Positions 10,200 to 21,441 of a stretch of 64,000 nt of DNA are shown here, piece after piece. The stretch spans positions 27,094,001 through 27,158,000 of the forward strand of contig NC_086101.1 of the NCBI RefSeq assembly GCF_963921235.1, given 5' to 3'. This DNA is from Mobula hypostoma. Lineage: Eukaryota. Positions within the stretch are counted from its first letter, which is position 1. Each line of letters opens with the position of its first letter. The notes under the pieces were generated by a model. That model saw only the letters and a list, made by a program, of their open reading frames with translations, searched no databases and was not told the origin of the DNA. Made by a program: the position numbers and the translations under genes.

Positions 10200-12350
10200 T
10201 GATTCTGCAGATAACAGGAATTCTGCAGATGCTGGAAATTCAAGCAACATACATCAAAGTTGCTGGTGAACGCAGCAGGCCAAGCAGCATCTATAGGAAG
10301 AGGTGCAGTCGACGTTTCAGGCCGAGACCCTTCGTCAGGACTAACTGAAGGAAGAGTGAGTAAGGGATTTGAAAGTTGGAGGGGGAGGGGGAGATCCAAA
10401 ATGATAGGAGAGGACAGGAGGGGGAGGGATAGAGCCAAGAGCTGGATGGGTGATAGGCAAAAGGGGCTACCAGAGGATCATGGGACAGGAGGTCCGGGAA
10501 GAAAGACAAGGTGGGGGGGTGACCCAGAGGATGGGCAAGAGGTATATTCAGAGGGACAGAGGGAGAAAAAGGGGAGTGAGAGAAAGAATGTGTGCATAAA
10601 AATGAGTAACAGATGGGGTACGAGGGGGAGGTGGGGCCTTAGCGGAAGTTAGAGAAGTCGATGTTCATGCCATCAGGTTGGAGGCTACCCAGACGGAATA
10701 TAAGATGTTGTTCCTCCAACCTGAGTGTGGCTTCATCTCCACAGTAGAGGAGGCCGTGGACAGACATGTCAGAATGGGAATGGGATGTGGAATTAAAATG
10801 TGTGGCCACTGGGAGATCCTGCTTTCTCTGGCGGACAGAGCGTAGATGTTCAGCAAAGCGGTCTCCCAGTCTGCGTCGGGTCTCACCAATATATAAAAGG
10901 CCACATCGGGAGCACCAGACGCAGTATATCACCCCAGTCGACTCACAGGTGAAGTGATGCCTCACCTGGAAGGACTGTTTGGGGCCCTGAATGGTGGTAA
11001 GGGAGGAAGTGTAAGGGCATGTGTAGCACTTGTTCCGCTTACACGGATAAGTGCCAGGAGGGAGATCAGTGGGGAGGGATGCGGGGGCGAATGGACAAGG
11101 GAGTTGTGTAGGGAGCGATCCCTGCGGAATGCAGAGAGAGGGGGGGGAGGGAAAGATGTGCTTAGTGGTGGGATCCCGTTGGAGGTGGTGGAAGTTACGG
11201 AGAATAATATGTTGGACCCGGAGGCTGGTGGGGTGGTAGTTGAGGACCAGGGGAACCCTATTCCTAGTGGGGTGGTGGGAGGATGGAGTGAGAGCAGATG
11301 TACGTGAAATGGGGGAGATACGTTTAAGAGCAGAGTTGATAGTGGAGGAAGGGAAGCCCCTTTCTTTAAAAAAGGAAGACATCTCCCTCGTCCTAGAATG
11401 AAAAGCCTCATCCTGAGAGCAGATGCGGCGGAGACGGAGGAATTGCGAGAAAGGGATGGCGTTTTTGCAAGAGACAGGGTGAGAAGAGGAATAGTCCAGA
11501 TAGCTGTGAGAGTCAGTAGGCTTATAGTAGACATCAGTGGATAAGCTGTCTCCAGAGACAGAGACAGAAAGATCTAGAAAGGGGAGGGAGGTGTCGGAAA
11601 TGGACCAGGTAAACTTGAGGGCAGGGTGAAAGTTGGAGGCAAAGTTAATAAAGTCAACGAGTTCTGTATGCGTGCAGGAAGCAGCGCCAATGCAGTCGTC
11701 GATGTAGCGAAGGAAAAGTGGGGGACAGATACCAGAATAGGCACGGAACATAGATTGTTCCACAAACCCAACAAAAAGGCAGGCATAGCTAGGACCCATA
11801 CGGGTGCCCATAGCTACACCTTTAGTTTGGAGGAAATGGGAGGAGCCAAAGGAGAAATTATTAAGAGTAAGGACTAATTCCGCTAGACGGAGCAGAGTGG
11901 TGGTAGAGGGGAACTGATTAGGTCTGGAATCCAAAAAGAAGCGTAGAGCTTTGAGACCTTCCTGATGGGGGATGGAAGTATATAAGGACTGGACATCCAT
12001 GGTGAAAATAAAGCGGTGGGGGCCAGGGAACTTAAAATCATCGAAAAGTTTAAGAGCGTGAGAAGTGTCACGAACATAGGTCGGAAGGGATAGAACAAGG
12101 GGTGATAAAACAGTGTCGAGGTATGCAGAAACGAGTTCGGTGGGGCAGGAGTAAGCTGAGACAATAGGTCGGCCAGGACAGGCAGGTTTGTGGATCTTGG
12201 GTAGGAGGTAGAAACGGGAAGTGCGGGGTGTGGGAACTATAAGGTTGGTAGCAGTGGATGGGAGATCCCCTGAGCGGATAAAGTCGGTGATGGTGTGGGA
12301 GACAATGGCCTGGTGCTCCTTAGTGGGGTCACGATCGAGGGGTAAATAAA
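10200..12350 (-). mobile_element. Penelope-like retroelement (5'-truncated RT + GIY-YIG endonuclease + 3' pseudo-LTR)
   Basis: Frame open from about 12348 to 10639: FYLLPKIHK, PGRPIVS, MDVQSLYTSIP, GVAMGTRMGPSYA, RYIDD, then VIYCVWCSRCGLLYIGETRRRLGDRFAEH (GIY-YIG). Confidence 0.93.
10306..10343 (-). ncRNA. Minimal type I hammerhead ribozyme (Penelope-associated)
   Basis: Minus strand TAGTC-CTGACGA-AGG gtctcgg CCT-GAAAC-GTC-GACTG: intact CUGANGA/GAAA core, stems I and II, palindromic ACGU stem III and a GUC cleavage triplet. Confidence 0.8.
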
Positions 12351-12351
12351 C

Positions 12352-12690
12352 TGTCCATCACCTCCCTCTGGTTTCCCACCTCCTTCTCTATATTCCATTG
12401 TCCACTGATCTCTCTTATCAGATTCCTCCTTCTTCTGCCCTTTGCTTTTTCCACCTATCACCTCCCAGCTTCTTACGTCATCCCCTTTCACACCCACCCA
12501 TCTTCCCCCTCACCTGGACTGACCTATCACCTGCCAGCTTTTCCTCCTCCCCCTACTTTCTTATTTTGGCTTTTGACCTTTTCCTTTCCTACCCTGTTGA
12601 AGGGTCTTGGCCAAAAACCGAATGTTCATTTCCCTGCATAGATGCCGCCTGACTAACTGAGTTGCTCCAGCATTTTGTGTGCGTTACGCT
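12352..12690 (+). mobile_element. Inverted, older Penelope pseudo-LTR abutting the truncated 5' end of the PLE
   Basis: Pyrimidine-rich body, degenerate core cctgttgaagggtcttggccaaaaac, and tail 'gatgccgcctgac...ccagcattttgtgtg'. Confidence 0.65.
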
Positions 12691-13486
12691 GTAGGAGAGA
12701 TGTGATTGTGCCGAAATAGACGCAGAGGAGGTTCGCCTAGATTAGAACACTGCAGTTCTTAGAGAGATCGGATGGGCTGGATTTGTATTCGCGGGAATGG
12801 AGGAGGTTGGTGGGGAAGCAAGCGTGGTGTACAAAATCATGAGGGGGTTAGACAGCAAGAATCATTTTCCCATGATGGGGAAACAATCTTTACTATGTTC
12901 TGTACCCTCTCAATACCTAAAGCAAGAGGGCATGGTTATAAATTGAGAGGTAGGATATTTAGAAGGGGATATGAGGGGTAGTGTTTCCACCCGGAACGTG
13001 GTTGGAATGTGGACGCACTGCTTGAGGGGTTGGTGGAGGGAAAGTCTCTCACAATATTTAAGCAGCATCGAGACAAGTACGTGAATCTTCCAAGGCATGA
13101 AAGGCCGTGGACCAAATGCAGGTAAATAGGATTAACATCGATAAGTGTCATGGTCGGTATGGGTGTGGGGGGGCCGTTTCCAAGCGGTAAAACTCTATGA
13201 TTTTAAATGTCTCAGCCAAGTTTACAGACAGCAAGGTGCAACGACAGCAGTGTGATCATGATCGGGTTGCTGTAGACCGGTGTAGCAGGTGATATAGCTA
13301 AAGAGTCATTTGAACAGCAGAGGATCTCAGTGAATGTCCCACCTCAGTGGAATCCTGACCAGCGGGGAAACTGTGCTTCGCACCGCCAAGCCACTGTGCT
13401 GCGAATGTTTACGTGCCGTAGAAATGCAAAGATACACTGTGGTTCTTCCTTCTAAAGAGCAAATTTTGGTTGTCTTTATTTTCTAG

Positions 13487-13626
13487 TGACCACGGAACAA
13501 TCTAACGGAAACCAGGATGCAAACAAGGTGTCTGAGTTTGTCAACCACATCAGAACTGTGAATATCATCAGGCTTATTCTGGGCTCTCTCCTCGTCCCTC
13601 TCTGCTTCATTTTGAAAGCTTTCTGA
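13487..13626 (+). CDS. Stalk/transmembrane terminal exon of the Ig receptor (Arg in TM, no cytoplasmic tail)
   Basis: tctttattttctag acceptor. Joined in phase 1 to the V exon it gives VTTEQSNGNQDANKVSEFVNHIRTVNIIRLILGSLLVPLCFILKAF-stop. Confidence 0.75.
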
Positions 13627-15222
13627 AACAGCACCTGATTACTCAGCTTCAAGTTGGTTTCAGACAGTACACAGTGACATATATCAATGTATGTGTGAGA
13701 ATGAGAGGGTGAGAGAGAGTCAGAGTGGCTTTAGAGTAAAATGTGTTTGATGGCTGGCGTGGACAAAGTGGCTGCTTCTATGCTCTTCCTCTTTGTTTTT
13801 GATTCTAAATCATGTCGTTTTAGGAATACAATTGTTAGAAATGTGCGTAACATCTAAGCTGTGGGGATTCATATTCAGTCCGGCAAAAAACCAGAAATAC
13901 CCCAAGCAGAATAATTATTTTATTTGGCTTTGTGTGGCTAATGGGGGGGGGGGGGCAATATAACCTAACTAAATTGGTTTATTAATGTCACGTGTACAGA
14001 TGGCCAGTGAAAACCTTTGCCTTGTATGCCAACCACAGAGATAATTTTGCAACATCAGGGCACAGCTTTCTCAATACGTACACCATGGGGAAGACTGGAT
14101 GGGTACATCTATTAAAAAATGCTATTTGGTTTGAAGCCAATGACCATTGTGAGCTGTAATTAATAGATTAAATTAAATTAGCTTTATTTGTCACATGTAC
14201 ATTGAAACACACAGTGAAATGCAGCATTTGTGCCAGCAGAGTCCGTGGAACTCAAAAGTTTAATGTAACATTTTGTGGTAATGCATTAGCCACTTTCTAG
14301 TCACTGTAGTTGATGGACGTCACCTTAATAGGTGCAGAGGAAGTTTTTAGCAAATACCATTGTCTCAACTTTCACACTCACTTGCTGCCCAATAAACTTG
14401 TCAGCCTTGTGGCTACAGAAATTGTAGAGCAAGTTCAGGCTCATCTTATCTTCCCTCTGTTGTGGTTATGACGAAGTGGTCAGTCAGCCCCTTTCATTTT
14501 TCAGCCTGAGGGGGAAGATAAGCCTGAGCTAAACTGTGTTGCATTTCAAAACACGCAGTAGGTCAGGGGCATCTGTGGAGAGACAGCTCAGAGATGCTTC
14601 ATTACAACTGGGAAAGGATGAAAACTATTAGTTTTAGGCTGCAGAGAGAGTTGGGGAGTGATGGAGAAGAGAACGGGGATACATTGCCATCAAAACTTGT
14701 TTATTGCTCTCTCATGTAAAGCCAGGAAATGCAGAAAATATTCAACAGGGCAGACAGCATCTGTGGGGAGAGAAATAGAACAAGCATTTTAAATCCAAGC
14801 TCTAAGCCACTTTATTACGTACACCGGTATACCTACTCGTCAATGTAAATATCTAATCAAACAATTATGTGGCAACAAGTTAAAGCATGCAGATATGGTC
14901 AATGGGGTTCAGTTGATGAGGTAGGAGAAATAATAACAGGGGACAAGGAGCTGGCAGATGAGCTAAATAAGTATTTTGCATCAGTTTTCACTGTGGAAGA
15001 CACTAGCACTGTGTCAGATATGGTACTGTGAAGGAAGAGAAGTGGATGCAGTTACTATCACAAGGGAGAAGGTGCTCAAAAAGCTGAAAGACCTAAAAGT
15101 ACTTAAGTCACTCGGACCAGATGAACTGCACCCTAGAGATTGTGGCTGCATTAGAAATGATCTGCAAGGTTTAATGGACTGCAAGGGTAAGGACGGAGAG
15201 CAGCCGAAATAAAGGACTTACA

Positions 15223-15690
15223 ATGATGGCAGACCTTAAATTGGCGTGCTTGAATGTGCGCAGTTTGAAGAGTACTGGGCGATGCGTCAGCGTGCTCCAG
15301 TACCTGGACACTGTAAAGGCCGACGTGACCTTCCTCCAGGAGTGCGGACTACACCTCCGTAACTACCGGAGGTGATCACGGTGGTGGACCAAAGGTTTGT
15401 CTGTGGGGTCGGGGGGTAACGATTGTCGCGCTTCCGGCCTGGGGATTCTGCTGCGGGGAGGCAACTTCTCAATCACCCAGTTAAAGAGGTGGTTGCGGGG
15501 CACCTCCTGGTAGCAGATGTCAAATACCGGGGCACTCCGCTCCGGCTGATCAACGTGTCCGCCTCCCCCGTGCGGAACGAGCGGCTCCCACAGCTGCTGG
15601 TGACGTCCCAGCCGGAGACTTCAACTGCACCACTGATGCGGCTGGAAGATCGGGCAGTGCCGACGGCAGGATGCAGGCTTGGACACGGCA
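15223..15690 (+). mobile_element. Tx1/L1-clade APE endonuclease fragment embedded in a CR1 remnant (14918-15820)
   Basis: MMADLKLACLNVRSLKS...VTFLQECG...SGLGILL...GHLLVADVKYRGTPLRLINV; stops and frameshifts are present. Confidence 0.7.
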
Positions 15691-17039
15691 TCAAAGGTTA
15701 CAGGGAGGTCAGGAACTTGGGTTGAGGAAGAGAGTAAAAAGAGAATCAGCCATGTTTGAATGGCAGAGCAGACTCGATGGGCCAGATGCCTAATTCTGCT
15801 CCTATGTCTTACTGTCTAATTTGGTGAACTGGCTTGAATATGAGCACAAAAGATTGACACAATGTACAAAATGCTGCGTGTTACTCATTAAAGGATTGTC
15901 CAAAACCCCATGACAGATTAGTTTTGGCTTTTGGACGGTGGTTGTCCGTTGCGTCCGGTGATGACAGGAAACCTGTGGTATGCTTGTTCCACTGGACTCA
16001 TGCTTCTGAGGTGAAGTGTGGACCCGCCCCCGTGCTCTTCCACTTTAAAAACTCTTTAAAGTTGTTTAAACGTTTTAAAGTGGACGAGCCGTCGCACTGG
16101 TACAGTTCTACCATCTTCACTGAGAAGTCAGAGTCCAGTGGTACTAACCAGCGTAACAAACTGGGGTCTCCTTTGGTGGTCCTGGATGACCATGGGACTT
16201 TATCTGTGCCTCGTCATGCCTTCGCTCCCCAGAGCGTTGCTGTACCACTTTCCTGGCCGTCCAGTCCGCCGGAGCCAACTTCGCACGCTGGGCTGACACG
16301 TCCCTAACCCACTGGGGTAGGAGGCTGCTAGCTAACCTCACCTGGTCTAGCCCGCCAGTCTAAACAGTGTACCGGAGTGCGGTTGATATCGCATGCAAAC
16401 AGCTACTTGGAGCCTCAGATGAGAACTGAGTGTCCGGTGGGGACGAAAGTGGACACAAGCCCCTTCACCAAAGGTGCTACCACTTCCTGGACACCCCAAA
16501 CACATCTTTGGCTTGGGTAGTCACTGAATAAAAACGAGGTATAATGAATGCACAAATTGACTGATGGTATAGGATCTGGTTACATTATCCACCAAGTCAC
16601 ACAATGGGGAAAATTCATCTCTCAAGATCAAGGTCAGTTGATAAGGTTGGTGTCTGCACTTTATACTGTCCCAGCTCTCTATCACATTTCAAAGTTCAGA
16701 GTAACACACACAAAATGCTGGAGGAACTCGGCAGTCAGACAGCATCTATGGATAGAGTAAACAGTCGACGTTTCGGGCCAAGACTCTTCATCACTACTGG
16801 AAAGGAAGGGGGAAGAAGCCAAAATAAATTTAATATCAAAAGTTTTTATCTGTTACCATGAGTTTCATTTTCTTGCAGGCATTTACAAGAAAAATGGAAG
16901 TACAAGAGAATTTTATGAAAAGGCTTACATAAACAGAAAAAGATTGGCAAACAACTGATATTCAAAGGAAGACAGACAAGCAAATCAATACGTGTCATAA
17001 TGAGAATATGAGTGGAAAGAGTCTGCAAGTGGTAGAGTC

Positions 17040-17620
17040 TGTTCAGAGCAGTGGTGAATGAGGTATACACACCCATTCAGGAGCCTGATGGTTGTACTGT
17101 TTTCTGAACCTGGTGGTATGGGATGTAAGGCTCCTGTACAGTGGCAGAAATGGGCATGTTTTGGATGGCAGACACCTTTGATAAAAGTACTCAGTGGTGG
17201 GGAGTGTTTTACCTGGTATGGACTGAGTGGTATTCACCATTTCCAGTCCTGCAACCAGATTAACAGAGACGCCACCGTAACCTGCTTAGCGACATTTATG
17301 TGCTGGTCCCAGGGCAGATCCTGATATATTGATACCAAGGAATATAAAGCTAATGACCCTCTCCACCTTCATTCCCCTAATGAGGACTGGTTTATGGATC
17401 TCCTGTTTCTCTTCCTGTAATCGAAAATCAGCTCTTTGGTTTTGCTGACATTGAGTAAGTGATGGTTCTTGTGGTACTATTCAACCACATTCTCAATCTC
17501 CCTCCTACATGCTGATACATCACCACCTTTGATTCAGACAACAGTTCCAGTTCCCATTCCCAGAGGATTGCAGATGTTGAGTCACCAAACCCACTCAAAG
17601 CCAGAACAGAATTTTGGGTA
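17040..17620 (-). mobile_element. Decayed Rex1/L2-type LINE fragment
   Basis: Similar to 33950-34620 (atcagctctttggttttgctgacattgag). Confidence 0.6.
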
Positions 17621-17986
17621 ATGGAGAGTAATGAACTCCATTCTCGCATGTTGAAAGGACTGTATGGTCTATACCTGCTCCTATATATTGAAGGGGATTA
17701 TGGTGAAACACAGATGCCTGGAAAGACCATTACACATCATAATCTTGAGCATCCAGGTGTTCATTTGGGAGAGTCTATAGAAGAATGTATGTATCAGCAT
17801 ATAATTCCTTGAGATTAATTTTCTCAAGTGTAGTGTTCATGGATTCAATATCTGTTTAGGAATCAGATGGCAGAGGGGAAAAGCTGACATTTCCAAGAAT
17901 AAAAAATGTTTCCCTCAAAAGGCGTTCATGATGCTGATCTTCAAACTATTTAATTTCAACTTTAACTTCCTGTTAAATAGATGAGA

Positions 17987-18002
17987 CCAATAGATGGCGC
18001 TA
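17987..18002 (+). promoter_or_regulatory. CTCF-like motif between the convergent 3' ends of the Ig gene and RPS18
   Basis: CCAATAGATGGCGCTA. Confidence 0.55.
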
Positions 18003-18389
18003 GGATGCAATGTTTTTGAAATGAACTCTCTCGAAAATTATTTTCTTTATATACCAGCAAGTCCATGTGACAGGAAGTGGGAAATGTCACATATAGACAT
18101 TCAAACCCAGCACTTCAGTTACAGGAAATAAAATAGGTCACAATTCAAAAGGCAAGAACAGCTTAGTGAGAGCAGAGCAATACTTTAAAAAAATCAGATC
18201 TTTACGTAAAGACCTTAATTGTGTCAGCGCAGAAAACTCCTATCACTGGTTGGAGCTGGCATGAATCTGTGCAGCACGAGACCAATTTGACACTTGCAAT
18301 AATACTAATTAAAAATGAAAACAGATGTGCAACTCTCAATCATTACTGTCTGTATCAGAAAGCATGCAAAAACAAAGGTTCTTCATCAG

Positions 18390-18495
18390 ACAACACACAT
18401 CAAAGTTGCTGGTGAACGCAGCAGGCCAAGCAGCATCTATAGGAAGAGGCGCAGTCGACGTTTCAGGCCGAGACCCTTCGTCAGGACTAACTGAG
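18390..18495 (-). mobile_element. Solo Penelope pseudo-LTR fragment with an intact hammerhead (18452-18489)
   Basis: About 100 nt with only 2 visible mismatches to 10245-10347; the hammerhead core is identical. Confidence 0.8.
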
Positions 18496-19342
18496 TGTCA
18501 TTTTCGGTGCGATCTTCGAAGGGACAACACCTGATCACTGCCTCTCAGTTTAAGGACGGATTAGCAGACAAGTGGGAGAGCCTGTTCAAAATATCACACA
18601 CCAGGTTGATAAGCTAAAAATTTACTTTCAGGGGATACCTTTGCTTTTGTTCACTGCCACTAGTTGGCTGCCCCCAGTTTACTACAGGGTTATATTCATG
18701 AGAGCTATTTGTAACAAACTGCTAGTATATCAAATGAACAGTATGTGGAATATGATCACAGAAACAGTAGTTGAAGCAGCGATCAGCTAGACTCAAGACT
18801 TCGGGAGCGAGCATGCCCAGTGTTTACAGTTCTGCTGGGCCCCAAGTAGCCCTCAACTGGTCTGTCTTTGTACAGACAGAAGGCACGGAAAAATACATTC
18901 ACAACTGGCAGGAGATGTCTGAAGCCCTGCAACAGCTGGTGAGGCCTCTCCCATCCATCCCACCCCTCTCCCAAATACTTGATTCTATGAACAGGCTGAC
19001 CCCAAGCAGGCCTTTTATAATGTGGGGAGGGGCCTGTGCTCAAAATGTTCCAGGGAGCAATCAAAGGCTACATCTGACACTCGGCTACACACAAGCCTCC
19101 ATTCTCCCCACCGAAGTAATCAGAAGGATGCAGTGAATTTAACCCCAGATATATAATCCCTAGAAAGGAAAGTAACATCCCTAGGGTAACAGAACAAATC
19201 ACAAACCAACAAGGAAGCAATACAATCACTCAACAGTTTACACAAAGATCCCTATCACACAGCCGAAGGAGACATGGAGAAGAACCCAGCCACTTTTGTA
19301 GTGTAATATATAAATGAAACACAGGAACAGTTCAATGAGAAA

Positions 19343-19348
19343 TTTATT
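19343..19348 (-). terminator. RPS18: RPS18 polyadenylation signal AATAAA
   Basis: tttatt on the plus strand, about 27 nt after the stop codon. Confidence 0.8.
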
Positions 19349-19374
19349 AACGAATTTGAGATCATTTGTAATAT

Positions 19375-19450
19375 TTACTTCTTCTTGGACACACCGACTG
19401 TGCGTCCTCTCCGGCCCGTGGTCTTGGTGTGCTGGCCACGCACACGGAGA
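19375..19450 (-). CDS. RPS18: 40S ribosomal protein S18 exon 6
   Basis: (G)[24 protein letters not shown]-stop; cag acceptor, phase 2. Confidence 0.97.
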
Positions 19451-20423
19451 CTGTAGAGGAAAAAGGAGTCATGTCACAGGGACGTTAAGGCAGAAACAGG
19501 CTCACTAACAGCACCCAGCAGGGCTTTGACCAGTATAAAATCCCCAACATAAATACAAGACATATTAACACTATCACACCTGCTAACTAGAACCTGCACT
19601 AGATCTGGCACAGCAGTTAACGCCTAACCCTCACAGTTCCATGAACACAGGATCAATCCCAACCAGAGGTGTTGTATGAAGTCTGATTCATGTAGAGGTG
19701 ATTGTGGAAGTTTCCTCCCACACACCAAAGGCAGGGTAAATGACCCCTAATACCCTCTGACTGTAAATTACAGTGGAATAGTTAAAAGGAGATAAGGGAC
19801 TCGATGGAAAGTGTGAAGACACAAGTTGTAATACGCAGGGAAGAAGCGGAATAGAGCTAATGGGATTGCTCCCCATGAGATGCTATTGTGCACAGGCCAA
19901 ATAGATTCAAAAGACCAAATGCCCTACACACGCAACCGTGGAAGACTCTACAGCTGGCAAAGCATGTGTCTTGTTAGTCAGGGAACTAAGCTGAAAAGTT
20001 GGGAAGTTATAGTAAGCTGAAAAGTTGGGAAGTTATAGGACTCTAGTTTGGACACATCTGGTGTTTGCTTTCAGTTCTGGTTGGCCCAAGAACGTTAATG
20101 CTTTGGAGGTGTAGGTGGTTTACCAGGATGCTGCCTGGATTAGAGGATGATGGACAAACTTGGCTGGCTTTCTCTAAAGCAGCAGAGACTAAGGGGAGAC
20201 ACAGGTCAAACAGTAGAGGCCAGATTAAGGGTGGCCTACTGGTCCTCCAGGTTCAGGGGTTCAGCTCAGGGCTGACAACCCTGACTGGCAAAACAAAATT
20301 GTTACGGAAACAGTAATGAAGAATCCTTCTACATCCGAGTGTGACGGCATTCCTGAGTCTCCTCCCAGGACTCGTATGACCGCCAGTAGTGAAAACCAAG
20401 CGGAAGTTACTGACATAACGAAG

Positions 20424-20652
20424 CAAACACCAGGAAATCTGCAGATGCTGGAAATTGAAGCAACACACACAAAATGCCGGTGGAACGCAGCAGGCCAGAC
20501 AGCATCCATAGGAAGAGGCACAGTTGACGTTTCGGACCCAGACCCTTCGTCAGGACTAACTGCGAAGGGTTTCTGCTCGAAATGTTGACTGTGCTTCTTC
20601 CTACGGATGCTATCTGGCCTGCTGCATTCCACCAGCATTTTGTGTGTGTTGC
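20424..20652. mobile_element. Palindromic (head-to-head) Penelope pseudo-LTR insertion with a 14-bp target-site duplication
   Basis: Direct repeat ctgacataacgaag at 20410-20423 and 20653-20666; inverted arms of about 90 bp around 20551-20563. Confidence 0.8.
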
Positions 20653-21258
20653 CTGACATAACGAAGGAAGCTCTGTACGTCACCAGTCATCTAGACTTTC
20701 ATTGCTGTCTGCCCTAAACGCCAGCAGAGTAAAGACCAGTAAGTAAATTCAAAAAGCTTAGGTAGGCAGAACGAATGTGCAGGAAATAGCATATGGAGAA
20801 CTGGGTTGACAAAACAGGATTAGTGTGGTTGGGCATTTGATTGTTAACTGCATCAGCACTACATTGTGCGCTGAAGGGCCTGTTTCATTGATGTACTGTT
20901 TTACGTTCAGATATTGTCCCTCTCTGTCTCAGACACCAATTTGCTTTTCTAATACTGGAGAAACAAGGTCAGCACACAATCAAGGATCTCTGATCAAGAG
21001 CAAGGCAAGGAAAAGAATGCGTGATCAACACACCCACACAAAGTCCGCAGGCAATGGCCAGGCACATATTCACATTTATGCATCCATCAGTCAATGCTGG
21101 ACATCCTGCAGCAGATTACCTGGCCAAGGATAGAACTACCCAGTTATCCAAGAGCTCGGGGTTACTGAGAATAACCCCTTTCCCACATTTTCAATGCCAG
21201 CCAGTGTCACTGATGCAGACAGCCAACTCCCGAGGATGGTACTGAGCAACAGAACTCA

Positions 21259-21441
<183 letters not shown>

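Noticed and set aside
10260-11877. Several plus-strand and alternative-frame ORFs
   Set aside because: Antisense or off-frame shadows of the Penelope element.
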